Of a stretch of 63,568 bases of DNA, positions 1 to 8,840 are shown one piece after another. The DNA is taken from positions 1 to 63,568 of the forward strand of contig CAZYNT010000006.1 in assembly GCA_964648205.1 (NCBI GenBank), given 5' to 3'. Numbering within the stretch: position 1 is the first letter of the stretch; every line of letters begins with the position of its first letter. The stretch is from an uncultured Gammaproteobacteria bacterium (GTDB lineage: Bacteria; Patescibacteriota; Patescibacteriia; Patescibacteriales; UBA12465). The position numbers were made by a program, and so were the translations under genes. Below the pieces are notes generated by a model. It saw only the letters and a program-made list of their open reading frames with translations, was not told where the DNA came from and ran no database searches.

Positions 1-97
1 CGCGAAAGGTTGATTTATGTGGACAAGCGTGTCCGAAGAAATGGGGTCATGCCAGGAGCTTCTTTTTCAATTTGGTTATAAATTTAAAACAATTAAA

Positions 98-895
98 TTA
101 AATAATATTCTCTGATTCTGCTTTTTTAATTTTAGGTATAATGATATTCTCTGATTCTGCTTTTTTAATTTTAGGTATTATGAACGGCTTTATCATTTGC
201 TCATAGAAACATCGGAATTCTTTTGCTGCCTTATTATAATCAACATTAGTCCAACTAATACATTTTAATTTATACATCGCCTCTTTATTATCGAAACAAT
301 CTTTCATCCAATCTTTTTTACCATTCTTGAAATAATCTTTGTTTTCTTGACGCTTTTTTTCATCTTCCATTTTAACAAAATTTTTGTCCGTAATCAGCGA
401 GGAGTAATGTTTTTTAGATAACTCAAATGGCGACTGTGATAAATACACACTTCCGCAACTAGGTGTGAAGGGATATTCTAAAGAAGGATGCTCTATCATA
501 CTATTTCTCAAATACACACAATAGTACAATTCTGGATATTCTTCTTCATATTTTTTTGGGTTTTCTGGATTTTCAAAAAGTTTAACCAGAGAATACAAGG
601 TTTGCTCAATAAATGGGTATATTATAAATTTACATAAATCATAACTATCGCTTGATAAAGTTTTTCCAAATCTTTGATCAATATCGAGTTTGATTTTAGC
701 GCATTCATTTAGTCTTTCTAGAAAGTTATTTACAATTATAATTCGATGCCAAAATAATTCATATTTTTCAACTAGTAATATTTTTTCTTTATTTTTAAGC
801 TGATCATACATTTTAAAAATACCAGGGTTCTGTCTTGGGTAGATACTTTTAAAATCTACATACACCTTTTCAAACATACTTAATAAATCATTCAT
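98..895 (-). CDS. hypothetical protein, 265 aa, with a HEPN-like R-x5-H motif (RNSMIEH, aa 130-136) and a duplicated 13-aa C-terminus
   Basis: Long ORF in a very AT-rich stretch and the last gene of a 4-gene same-strand cluster. TAA stop at 98-100. No family recognised by eye. Confidence 0.6.
   Translation of the reverse strand: MNDLLSMFEKVYVDFKSIYPRQNPGIFKMYDQLKNKEKILLVEKYELFWHRIIIVNNFLERLNECAKIKLDIDQRFGKTLSSDSYDLCKFIIYPFIEQTLYSLVKLFENPENPKKYEEEYPELYYCVYLRNSMIEHPSLEYPFTPSCGSVYLSQSPFELSKKHYSSLITDKNFVKMEDEKKRQENKDYFKNGKKDWMKDCFDNKEAMYKLKCISWTNVDYNKAAKEFRCFYEQMIKPFIIPKIKKAESENIIIPKIKKAESENII
101..178. repeat. 2 x 39-bp tandem duplication (one mismatch, 104 vs 143) inside the 3' end of the 265-aa gene
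   Basis: Positions 101-139 align with 140-178 at period 39. The repeat is in frame and gives the duplicated peptide IIPKIKKAESENI. Confidence 0.9.
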
Positions 896-945
896 AATAA
901 TTTATATTCCTAATAATTTCATTTAATCAAAAGAGGAAGAATATA

Positions 946-1401
946 CTACTTATTATTCGAGGTATTATCTAATATTTTATAAGATAAATTAATATCTAAA
1001 GGGGTTTCAGAGGCAACCTCAAACTTAGAGCCCTTTTTTTGCGATATTCTGTAACAGTATCTCCCACCTTCAGTTATCTGCATACCCTGCATATTTGTTA
1101 TATTTCTTAACCTTTTCTCACCTTTTTTTGCTTTTAAAGTAACGGGAAATTCATTTAAAATATTTCCCTTAGGATCAATGAGACTTATTTTTGCTTCAAC
1201 TGAGTTATCTTTTGTATCATCTTCGATAATCCAAAAACTAATAAATTGGAGGTTAAAAGGAATAACTAATTTATCGCTTTTAGGCATATTAGCCTTATCA
1301 ATTGTTAATTGTATTTCTTCGATACAATTAAACAAACTTAGAAGATTGGTTTGAGAATCTACTGATGATTTTTCACAAATTATTGACCAAATGTTTTTCA
1401 T
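946..1401 (-). CDS. hypothetical small protein, 151 aa
   Basis: The ORF track gives 946..1548, but that N-terminal extension overlaps the upstream XRE gene. The internal ATG at 1401 (MKNIWSIICEKSS...) starts 7 nt after the XRE stop. From memory it faintly resembles small DUF6941-type proteins; this is unverified. Confidence 0.55.
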   Translation of the reverse strand: MKNIWSIICEKSSVDSQTNLLSLFNCIEEIQLTIDKANMPKSDKLVIPFNLQFISFWIIEDDTKDNSVEAKISLIDPKGNILNEFPVTLKAKKGEKRLRNITNMQGMQITEGGRYCYRISQKKGSKFEVASETPLDINLSYKILDNTSNNK

Positions 1402-1408
1402 ATTTTTA

Positions 1409-1819
1409 TTATTTAATAGATAAATTATAGGCCCCACAAGGCATAACATTCTCTTTCGCTTTATCAATAGTATTGCTTGCTGTCTTACTACCGACAAAAC
1501 CAAGAATGTAAGGGACGCTAAAATCCAAAATATTACTCCAATTTTCATAATTAAAATTCAAGGCACTGGCTATTCTATTAAGCAGAGCAAAACCAATATT
1601 AACATCTCCATTCTCAACTTTTGAAATAACCTTTTGAGTTGTTTGAGCTTCTTTGGCTAATTTTTGCTGGCTCATGCCCAGAGCTTCCCTGACATTGTAT
1701 ATTTCAACCCCCAGTTTTATTCTTTTTTTTGCTTCTCTCGAAAATTGCTCAAAATATTTACCTTTTCTGGCCTCTGACATCGGGTCAATGTTTAGTTTTT
1801 TATTATTCATATTTTTCAT
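1409..1819 (-). CDS. XRE-family helix-turn-helix protein, putative HigA-like antitoxin
   Basis: HTH_3-like segment LGMSQQKLAKEAQTTQKVISKVENGDVNIGFALLNRIASAL. It overlaps the upstream toxin gene by 17 nt. Confidence 0.8.
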   Translation of the reverse strand: MKNMNNKKLNIDPMSEARKGKYFEQFSREAKKRIKLGVEIYNVREALGMSQQKLAKEAQTTQKVISKVENGDVNIGFALLNRIASALNFNYENWSNILDFSVPYILGFVGSKTASNTIDKAKENVMPCGAYNLSIK

Positions 1820-2228
1820 AATTTTTTGGTTCTAATTTAAAAATATTCAAATATCTTTCACCAATTTTGTTTTGTTTATCCACCATCTTTTTCTCTTTAT
1901 CGGTATTATAATTAAAAGGCTTTTCAAAAGCATAAAGAAGCACTATTTTTTCTTGGTATCGAAAATAAAGAATTCTAATAACGGTTATTGCGTCCTTGGG
2001 ATTTAATATTTCAAAACAACTATATCCATGTAACGGCTTCGAAATCGGAGGAGTTGGCCTGCCTTCATTATCTTTAACATACTGTATCTTGGCATCTATA
2101 TTGGCAAGTAATTTCTGCTTTCTTTTAACAACAGACTCTTTGTCTCCTTGATTTTCTCGATATTGTTTTAAATATTCTTTTACCGGACAGTTTTTTAATT
2201 CTTTATCATAAAAATAAACTATTTCCAT
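1803..2228 (-). CDS. RelE/HigB/Gp49-like type II toxin
   Basis: 141-aa protein with the core KPLHGYSCFEILNPKDAITVIRILYFRYQEKIVLLYAFEK, typical of phage Gp49-like/RelE-fold toxins. The toxin-first order with a downstream XRE antitoxin matches the HigBA arrangement. Confidence 0.7.
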   Translation of the reverse strand: MEIVYFYDKELKNCPVKEYLKQYRENQGDKESVVKRKQKLLANIDAKIQYVKDNEGRPTPPISKPLHGYSCFEILNPKDAITVIRILYFRYQEKIVLLYAFEKPFNYNTDKEKKMVDKQNKIGERYLNIFKLEPKNYEKYE

Positions 2229-2257
2229 ATTTACACGATTAAATTGATCTCAATCCA

Positions 2258-2285
2258 ATTATATCCTATTGGATATAATTGTCAA
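2258..2285 (-). promoter_or_regulatory. consensus sigma70-type promoter (TTGACA-N16-TATAAT on the minus strand) overlapped by a perfect 11-bp inverted repeat
   Basis: On the minus strand the -35 TTGACA is at 2285-2280 and the -10 TATAAT at 2263-2258. The inverted repeat CAATTATATCC (2256-2266) / GGATATAATTG (2271-2281) has a 4-nt spacer. The site lies about 30 nt upstream of the toxin ATG. Confidence 0.6.
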
Positions 2286-2390
2286 TACTCTGACAAACTT
2301 CATTAAAATTTTGTCGTAATTACAAAAGCCCTCCCAAAATGGAAAGGCTCTTGTAAATACTGGGGATAATGAATTTATAAATCCCCCTTA

Positions 2391-2465
2391 TGGAGCGGGT
2401 AACGGGAATCGAACCCGTCTCTTGAACTTGGCAAGCTCACATAATAACCACTATACGATACCCGC
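2391..2465 (-). tRNA. tRNA-Gly(GCC), CCA encoded
   Basis: The reverse complement folds as a cloverleaf: acceptor GCGGGTA, anticodon loop TTGCCAA, T-arm CGGGTTCGATTCCCG, 3' CCA. Confidence 0.95.
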
Positions 2466-2479
2466 AATTATTTTTTCTG

Positions 2480-2563
2480 TGCCGCGGGCGGGAATCGAAC
2501 CCGCACTGTATCGCTACAACTGGATTTTAAGTCCAGCGCGTCTGCCAGTTCCGCCACCGCGGC
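2480..2563 (-). tRNA. tRNA-Leu(UAA), long variable arm
   Basis: In the reverse complement: acceptor GCCGCGG, anticodon stem-loop CTGGA-CTTAAAA-TCCAG, long variable arm, T-arm GCGGGTTCGATTCCCGC. Confidence 0.9.
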
Positions 2564-2602
2564 TCTATTTTATCCGCCGGGGCGGACTGGAATATCTGTC
2601 TG

Positions 2603-2988
2603 TGGAGATGATGGGAGTTGAACCCATGTCCAATCGGTTTTCCTAAATACGTTTACAAGAATAGATCGATTTATTTTTTTTAACTCCAACCATCAAAAAT
2701 CGAACAAAAGCGGTTGAAGCGATCCTGACTTTGTTTCGATATTACCCGACAGGAACGATTAATATCTATCTTCATGTTTAATGACACCGATTGACTGCTA
2801 TGAAGACTCGCAGCCCGTCGATGGTTATAGTCTTATTTATTAGGCCATAACTGGAGCATAACTCGGAGTTAACCAAGTAAAAGCTCTTGCCGTTTTGGCA
2901 TTTATGTTTTTTAGCCAGTTTAGCGCGGATAGCTAAGCGCGTCTTGAATATTCAGAAAAAGATCCGACTGTCGATTCCTTTCATCCCC
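2603..2988 (-). ncRNA. ssrA: tmRNA (ssrA)
   Basis: The 5' end GGGGATGAAAGGAATCGAC and the 3' tRNA-like end GGACATGGGTTCAACTCCCATCATCTCCA are present. An internal tag ORF ends in a double TAA TAA. The gene starts 18 nt downstream of smpB on the same strand. Confidence 0.9.
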
Positions 2989-3006
2989 GAATCAACTATC
3001 TCTTAA

Positions 3007-3465
3007 TTAACTTCTTTTTGTTAATGACCTTAAGCGCCTGTCAACTTCCCTGTTCTTAATCGACTCTCGTTTGTCGTATTTTTTCTTTCCCTTGGCAACA
3101 GCGAACTCAAGCTTCAAAAAGCTATGATTAGTATATATTTTTAGCGGGATTAGTGTCAAGCCCTCGGTTTGTTTTTTGCCCAATAAATGACTAATTTCGC
3201 GACTTTTTAAAAGTAGTTTCCGCTCTCGCATTTGGTTGTAATCTGGCAACGGACCGGCATTTTTATAAGGGGAAATTTGCGCGTTAACTAAATATAATTC
3301 TGGGCGGCCGTTTTTAGTCCGAATACTGATAAAACTGCCTTTGAGGCTAACTTGCCCGGCGCGGACAGCTTTTACTTCGTGTCCAAACAAAACTAAACCA
3401 GCCTCATATTTTTCCTGAAGCTGATAATCAAAATTAGCTTTTTTGTTTGTCGCCAGTTGAGGCAT
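3007..3465 (-). CDS. smpB: SsrA-binding protein SmpB
   Basis: NKKANFDYQLQEKYEAGLVLFGHEVKAVRAG... is a typical SmpB sequence, and the gene is adjacent to the tmRNA. Confidence 0.95.
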   Translation of the reverse strand: MPQLATNKKANFDYQLQEKYEAGLVLFGHEVKAVRAGQVSLKGSFISIRTKNGRPELYLVNAQISPYKNAGPLPDYNQMRERKLLLKSREISHLLGKKQTEGLTLIPLKIYTNHSFLKLEFAVAKGKKKYDKRESIKNREVDRRLRSLTKRS

Positions 3466-4744
3466 AATTCCATTCCTTTAGTTTTGCGATCACTTTTTCA
3501 TTGGTTAGAATATTACTGAGATAAGTGTGGTAGCCTTCTTCATGCAGCATCTTTTCAATTTCCTTATTGCCCGCATATTGCTTCTCTAGTTCATCAATCT
3601 TATGATGGATGTCTTCGTGGGTGACTTCAATTTTTTCGACTATGGCAATCTCTCGAATAACTAAGGCGGATTTTACTCTTTTAACGGCGTTGGGCAACAG
3701 TTCAACAATCAATTCCTCTTTGGTTTTTTTAATATGGTTGAGGTAGTCGGCAAATTTTCCGCCTTGGCGGGTGACGCTCTGCTCGAGCTCCATAAGCATA
3801 TTGCGGCTTTCGCTTTCAACGATCGTATCGGGCAAATCGCCGAATTTAGTATCATCAATAATTTTACTGATCATTTCTGATTCGTTGCGCAAATCAGCGT
3901 TATGTCTTTTCTCGTGAAGCAGGCTCTCTTTTAAATTAGTCCGAAGTTCTTCCATATTCTTTAAGCGGAAAAACCCGGCAAATTCATCATTTAATTCTGG
4001 TTGCTGTCTTTCGTAAACACCTTTCACGTTAACGGTAAATTCAACCATTTTGCCCGCCAGATTTTTTTGATGATGGTTGTCGGGATAAGCTAGGGAAAAT
4101 TTTCTCTCCTCGCCGGCTTTGGCGCCAATTATCTTCGCGTCAAATCCGGGAACAAAATAATTCTTGCCTAAAATTATCGCCAGCTCTTTGTGGCTGCCGT
4201 CTTCAAGCGGCACCTTGTCAAGAAACATTTTAATGTCAACCGTCACTTTATCGCTCTCTTTAGCCTCGCGGTCGACTAAAATTTCCTGCGCCCGCATTTC
4301 TTGCAGATCGCGCAAAGATTTTTCAACTTCTTTATCATCAATTTTCACTTCTTCCGTCTTAAGACCCAAATCTTTATATTTTCCGAGGGCGATGGTCGGC
4401 AGAAGAGAAACTATAACTTTATATTCAAACGGATTGGTCGGGGCTAATTTTGTAATGTTTACTTGCGGCTGGCCGATTGCCTGGCGCTCCAACGTATTTT
4501 TTTTAATCGCTTCATCAATCGTTTTATGGACAGCGATATGCGCCGCTTCTTCTAAAATGGTCATCTCGCCAATTTTTTGCTTCAAAATTTCCAAGGGAAC
4601 TTTGCCTTTGCGGAAGCCTTCAATTTTAACTTCTTCGGAAACTTTCTGAGCGCCTTTTTCAATATAGGGCGCAAACTCTTCCGGGCTGAGTTCAACCGTT
4701 AATTCAATTTGTGATTTTTCCAAATCTTTTTTATTTACCTGCAT
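3434..4744 (-). CDS. tig: trigger factor
   Basis: 436 aa. N-terminus MQVNKKDLEKSQIELTVELSPEEF... followed by GFRKGKVP and an FKBP-like middle domain. Confidence 0.95.
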   Translation of the reverse strand: MQVNKKDLEKSQIELTVELSPEEFAPYIEKGAQKVSEEVKIEGFRKGKVPLEILKQKIGEMTILEEAAHIAVHKTIDEAIKKNTLERQAIGQPQVNITKLAPTNPFEYKVIVSLLPTIALGKYKDLGLKTEEVKIDDKEVEKSLRDLQEMRAQEILVDREAKESDKVTVDIKMFLDKVPLEDGSHKELAIILGKNYFVPGFDAKIIGAKAGEERKFSLAYPDNHHQKNLAGKMVEFTVNVKGVYERQQPELNDEFAGFFRLKNMEELRTNLKESLLHEKRHNADLRNESEMISKIIDDTKFGDLPDTIVESESRNMLMELEQSVTRQGGKFADYLNHIKKTKEELIVELLPNAVKRVKSALVIREIAIVEKIEVTHEDIHHKIDELEKQYAGNKEIEKMLHEEGYHTYLSNILTNEKVIAKLKEWNYASTGDKQKS

Positions 4745-4804
4745 ATTTCTTTAGTTAGTATAAGCGGGCATAAACCCGCTTATCATTTTTCCAATTTTTT
4801 ATCT

Positions 4805-6814
4805 TTAGAGCAATAAACCGACGATAAGGAGAGCGACTATGTTTAAAACTTTAATCATCGGGTTAATCGCCGGACCAGCTGTGTCCTTATAAGGATCGCC
4901 GACCGTATCGCCGGTAACCGCCGCTTTATGAGCATCGGATCCCTTGCCGCCGAAATTACCCGCTTCAATATATTTCTTCGCATTATCCCAAGCGCCTCCG
5001 CCCGAAGTCATGGAAACGGCAACAAAAATACCGGTTATAATCGAACCAACAAGCAAGCCGCCTAAAACTTCCAGGCCCTTGCCCGGCATAATCATGTTAA
5101 AAACAAAACCAACGATGATCGGCACGACAACCGGAATCAAGGCAGGAATAATCATTTCCTTGATGGCGGCTTTGGTAACAATATCAACCGTGCGTCCATA
5201 ATCCGGTTTTTCTGCGCCGGACATGATGCCGGTCTTTTCTTTGAATTGAGCGCGCACATCTTCAACAACTGCACCCGCAGCGCGGCCGACCGCTTTCATG
5301 GCCATAGCTCCGAATAAATACGGAAGCAGACCGCCAATAAATAAGCCGATTAAAACATAAGGATTATCAATCAAGAACTGAGCGCTGCCGCCCGAAGCTT
5401 TAATTTTATAAGTAAAATCAGCAAAGAGGACTAAAGCCGCCAAAGCAGCTGAACCGATAGCATAACCCTTAGTGACCGCTTTAGTCGTGTTGCCGACCGC
5501 ATCTAAAGGATCGGTAATGTTGCGGACATCGTCGCCGAGTTCCGCCATTTCCGCAATGCCGCCGGCATTATCAGTAATCGGGCCGTAAGCATCAATGGTA
5601 ACAATAATACCCGCCATTGATAACATGGCCATAGCGGCAATCGCCACACCGTATAAACCGGCCAAAGAAAAGGCTCCGATAATTGCTAAACAAATAACTA
5701 AAATTGGCAGCGCCGTAGATTTCATCGAAACCGCCAAGCCGGCAATGACATTAGTCCCATGGCCGGTGCGCGAAGCTTCCGCGATTCCTTTAACCGGACT
5801 AAATGCGGTTGAAGTATAGTATTCAGTAATAACAACTAATAAGCCGGTGACCAGCAAGCCGATTAAGCTGGCGAAATAAATTTTCAGGCTTAAGCCGCCG
5901 ACAATCATATACTTAGTAATCGGATAAAAAGCGATAGCCGCTAAAACGCCGGCCGCAATCAACCCTTTATATAGCGCTCTCATGATATTTTTCTTTTTAC
6001 CCAAGCGGATAAAGAAAATACCAATAATGGAAACTAAAATTGAAACTGCTCCTAAGACCAGCGGGAATAAAATAATTTTATCCTGGCCGATAAACGTGAG
6101 AGATCCTAAAACCATGGCGGCAATTAAAGTAACCGCGTAAGTCTCAAATAAATCAGCGGCCATACCGGCGCAATCGCCGACATTATCGCCGACATTATCA
6201 GCGATAACCGCCGGATTACGAGGATCGTCTTCAGGAATACTGGCCTCGACTTTGCCGACCAAATCCGCTCCCACATCCGCTGCTTTAGTATATATGCCGC
6301 CGCCTAAGCGGGCAAAAATTGATATAAGCGATCCGCCGAAAGCAAAACCTATCAAGGCGTGCAAATCATAAGTTAAAAAATAAAAACTAGCCGTACCGAT
6401 TAGGGCAAGGCCGACAACTAACATGCCAGTAACGCTGCCACCTTTAACCGCGACATTCAGAGCTTTAGCCAAGCCGCCGCGAGCCGCTTCAGTCGTCCGA
6501 ACATTGGCGCGAACGCTGACAAACATTCCAATATACCCGGTCAAGGCGGAAAAAATGGCTCCGATAATAAAGGCCAGGGCTGTCTTCCAGCCCAATTCTG
6601 GAATAAATCCGATGATTAAGAATAAGACGATGGCAACCATCGCCACGGATTTATACTGACGATTTAAGAAGGCCTTAGCTCCGGCCTGAATCGCCTTAGC
6701 GATTTCTTTCATCTTGTCGTTACCATCCGGCATGCGTAAAATTGAAGCGATTACAATGCCGCCATATAAAATAGCGACCAATGCGCTTCCGAGAATGAAT
6801 AGAGTCATCATCAT
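4805..6814 (-). CDS. hppA: membrane-bound ion-translocating pyrophosphatase
   Basis: 669-aa polytopic protein with the motifs [20 protein letters not shown] and [19 protein letters not shown]. Confidence 0.95.
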   Translation of the reverse strand: MMMTLFILGSALVAILYGGIVIASILRMPDGNDKMKEIAKAIQAGAKAFLNRQYKSVAMVAIVLFLIIGFIPELGWKTALAFIIGAIFSALTGYIGMFVSVRANVRTTEAARGGLAKALNVAVKGGSVTGMLVVGLALIGTASFYFLTYDLHALIGFAFGGSLISIFARLGGGIYTKAADVGADLVGKVEASIPEDDPRNPAVIADNVGDNVGDCAGMAADLFETYAVTLIAAMVLGSLTFIGQDKIILFPLVLGAVSILVSIIGIFFIRLGKKKNIMRALYKGLIAAGVLAAIAFYPITKYMIVGGLSLKIYFASLIGLLVTGLLVVITEYYTSTAFSPVKGIAEASRTGHGTNVIAGLAVSMKSTALPILVICLAIIGAFSLAGLYGVAIAAMAMLSMAGIIVTIDAYGPITDNAGGIAEMAELGDDVRNITDPLDAVGNTTKAVTKGYAIGSAALAALVLFADFTYKIKASGGSAQFLIDNPYVLIGLFIGGLLPYLFGAMAMKAVGRAAGAVVEDVRAQFKEKTGIMSGAEKPDYGRTVDIVTKAAIKEMIIPALIPVVVPIIVGFVFNMIMPGKGLEVLGGLLVGSIITGIFVAVSMTSGGGAWDNAKKYIEAGNFGGKGSDAHKAAVTGDTVGDPYKDTAGPAINPMIKVLNIVALLIVGLLL

Positions 6815-6825
6815 AATGTTGTTAT

Positions 6826-8172
6826 TTATTCTTTTTTAGTTTTTTTAATTTTTTTAGTTTTCTTTTCCTCTTTTTTCGGTTCATCCGTTAAGTCATTCTC
6901 TTTCGATTCCTCGTCGATAACTTCATCGTTCATTTTTGTTTCTTCTATAGCCTGATTTTCATCAAGTATCTCCATGCTTTCGCCGTCGCTAGCTAAAATC
7001 TTTTTCTCGCCATCTTCCGTTGCTTCGATAATATCTATCTTCCAACCAGTCAGCCGAGCAGCCAGACGAACGTTTTGTCCGTTCTTGCCAATAGCCAAAG
7101 AAAGTTTGTCGGAAGCAACCTTAACAATCGCCTTATGTTCCGATTCTTCTAGCTCAATTGAAACAACTTTAGCGGGAGCAAGCGCATTGGCAATAAATTT
7201 AGCGGGGTCTTCATTATATTCTATAATATCGATTTTTTCTCCGCCTAATTCGCTGATAATGGTTTGGATGCGGCTGCCGCGCTGGCCGACGCAAGAACCG
7301 ACAGGATCAACATTTTCCGCCTCGGTAGCGATGGCGACCTTGGAACGGGAGCCGGCTTCACGGGCAACCTCTTTTATTTCCACCAAGCCGTTGGCGATTT
7401 CCGGTATTTCCAAATAAAAAACTTTCTTTAAAATTTCTTCGCTGCGGCGCGACAAGATTATTTCCGGCCCTTTGTGCCCTTCGCGCACCTCCTTAATATA
7501 GACTTTCAAGCGATCATTAGGATTATAGCGTTCATTAAATATCTGTTCCTCTGCCGGCAAGAGGCCGATGGCTTTGCCCAAATCAACGAAGACAAAACGG
7601 CCTTCGCGGCGCTGGACAACTCCGGAAACAACTTCTTTTTCCTTACCTTTGAATTCGCCAAAAACCATATCTCTCTCCATCTCTCGCAGCTTCTGGATAA
7701 TAACCTGTTTGGCGGTTTGCGCGGCCATGCGTCCGTAGCTTTCGGGAATCGGCAGATCGGTAATGATTTCATCCCCTATTTTGGCTTCATGTTTTAAAAT
7801 CATTGCCTCTTTTATCTGAATATCCGTTTTCGGGTTAAATTTCTTTTTTCCTTCTTCAATTATCTCTTCCTCGGGAACATAAAAACCGGCACGCGATTCC
7901 TCCTTCTTTACTTCTTTGGGGCTGGGATTATAAAGATTTTGAAGCATTTCCGCTTCTTCCTGCTCCGGTAGATTTTCCACGACTGTTTTAACATCAAAAA
8001 TTTCAGAGTTTCCGGTATTGGGATCAAACTTTACTCTTATATTTTGATTGCGCTCGCCATAATCTTTGCGATAGGCGGCGGCAAGAGCGAGTTCGATCGC
8101 GGCAATCACTGATTTATAGTCGAGATTTTTTTCCTCGCATAGCTGCTTAATCGCTGTACTTATTTCTGACAT
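6826..8172 (-). CDS. nusA: transcription termination/antitermination factor NusA
   Basis: S1 and KH domain sequence ([34 protein letters not shown]) with a Lys/Glu-rich tail. Confidence 0.95.
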   Translation of the reverse strand: MSEISTAIKQLCEEKNLDYKSVIAAIELALAAAYRKDYGERNQNIRVKFDPNTGNSEIFDVKTVVENLPEQEEAEMLQNLYNPSPKEVKKEESRAGFYVPEEEIIEEGKKKFNPKTDIQIKEAMILKHEAKIGDEIITDLPIPESYGRMAAQTAKQVIIQKLREMERDMVFGEFKGKEKEVVSGVVQRREGRFVFVDLGKAIGLLPAEEQIFNERYNPNDRLKVYIKEVREGHKGPEIILSRRSEEILKKVFYLEIPEIANGLVEIKEVAREAGSRSKVAIATEAENVDPVGSCVGQRGSRIQTIISELGGEKIDIIEYNEDPAKFIANALAPAKVVSIELEESEHKAIVKVASDKLSLAIGKNGQNVRLAARLTGWKIDIIEATEDGEKKILASDGESMEILDENQAIEETKMNDEVIDEESKENDLTDEPKKEEKKTKKIKKTKKE

Positions 8173-8221
8173 ATATTTATCGATAATGTCGCTCCATTAA
8201 GAGCGAAGTTAGTTTTTAAGA

Positions 8222-8251
8222 CAAAAAGCTAATTGTTATAAACAACTAGCT
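8222..8251 (-). terminator. rho-independent terminator after the pilin-like gene
   Basis: The minus strand reads AGCTAGTTGTT-TAT-AACAATTAGCT (one mismatch) followed by TTTTTGT. Confidence 0.55.
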
Positions 8252-8314
8252 TTCTATTATCATAATAGCATATTTCATGGTTTTGTCAAAATCGTCTGGT
8301 CGCCAATCAGGTTT

Positions 8315-8746
8315 CTAAAAAATCATGACCTGATTATTAACAGCTCGGCTTAAGACTCTCAATATAAAATAGGTCAGGGCCCAAGAAGCTAGCACGATAA
8401 GCAGCCCGATAACCGAATCGCGAATTTGCGCGATAGCCTTCTTTACTTGGTCCTCGTTGCCGGCCGCTGTCATATAACGGAAGCCCGCGTAAACGGTTAA
8501 CGCCAAGAAAATCGCGGCTAAAAATCCAAGAACAACAACAATTAGTTTGGCGACGATAACTCTCACGTCGGTTTTTTTATTTCCATAAACTTGGCTAATC
8601 TCATTAACGCCAATCTGGTTATCGAATAATGAGTTGTTTGTTTGAGCAGAGGCCGGCTGCGCGAGCGAAGAAAATATGGCCAGCTGGATAAAGCCGAAAA
8701 TTGTTAAAAGAGCAAGCGACAAAACATGTTTTTTAGTGATTATCAT
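8315..8746 (-). CDS. small secreted two-TM protein resembling CPR-type T4SS (TrbC/VirB2-like) pilins
   Basis: Signal peptide ending in ASAQ, then two hydrophobic helices flanking YAGFRYMTAAGNEDQVKKAIAQIRDSVIGLLIV. The family call is from memory (PF18895-like). Confidence 0.5.
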   Translation of the reverse strand: MIITKKHVLSLALLTIFGFIQLAIFSSLAQPASAQTNNSLFDNQIGVNEISQVYGNKKTDVRVIVAKLIVVVLGFLAAIFLALTVYAGFRYMTAAGNEDQVKKAIAQIRDSVIGLLIVLASWALTYFILRVLSRAVNNQVMIF

Positions 8747-8840
8747 AAGTATGGTATAATTGAGTTACGGCTTAGCCCTTGTTTTTGTTGGGGCGAAGCT
8801 CTATCTTTATTATATAAAATTAACCCTAAATACACAAGAA

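Larger units (their letters stand above)
1..2390. mobile_element. edge of a putative horizontally acquired AT-rich island abutting the 3' side of tRNA-Gly
   Basis: GC is visibly lower than in the rest of the window. The region carries a toxin-antitoxin pair plus two orphan genes. It lies on the 3' side of a tRNA-Gly/tRNA-Leu/tmRNA cluster, a classical integration hot spot. No integrase or att repeat is inside the window, and the left boundary lies outside it. Confidence 0.35.

Noticed and set aside
1-81. Partial plus-strand ORF ending in TAA at 79-81 (...RERLIYVDKRVRRNGVMPGASFSIWL).
   Set aside because: Only 26 codons are visible and no family is recognisable. It may be the end of a gene convergent with the island, but this cannot be supported from the window.
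946-1548. The 200-aa version of the small orphan ORF.
   Set aside because: Its first 49 codons overlap the 3' part of the XRE antitoxin gene in another frame. The internal ATG at 1401, 7 nt after the XRE stop, gives a compact operon, so I used 946-1401.
2324-2352. An imperfect hairpin (AAAGCCCTCC...GGAAAGGCTCTT) downstream of tRNA-Gly as its terminator or as an att site.
   Set aside because: The stem needs bulges and mismatches, and no second copy of the tRNA-Gly 3' end is visible in the window. This is too weak to call.
4164-4649. Long antisense ORFs inside confident genes. Examples are 4164-4649 in tig, 4944-5201/5595-5819/6423-6659 in hppA, 6974-7417 and 7474-7797 in nusA, 36229-36708 in the PBP gene, 41904-42431 in vanW and 61070-61576 in the barrel-like gene.
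   Set aside because: These are shadow ORFs opposite well-supported genes. Their products are low-complexity or compositionally odd and they have no independent start or RBS signals. They are not reported as CDS.
4805-8172. nusA is followed by hppA instead of the usual infB.
   Set aside because: The synteny break is real, but operon scrambling is common in reduced genomes. It is not informative on its own.
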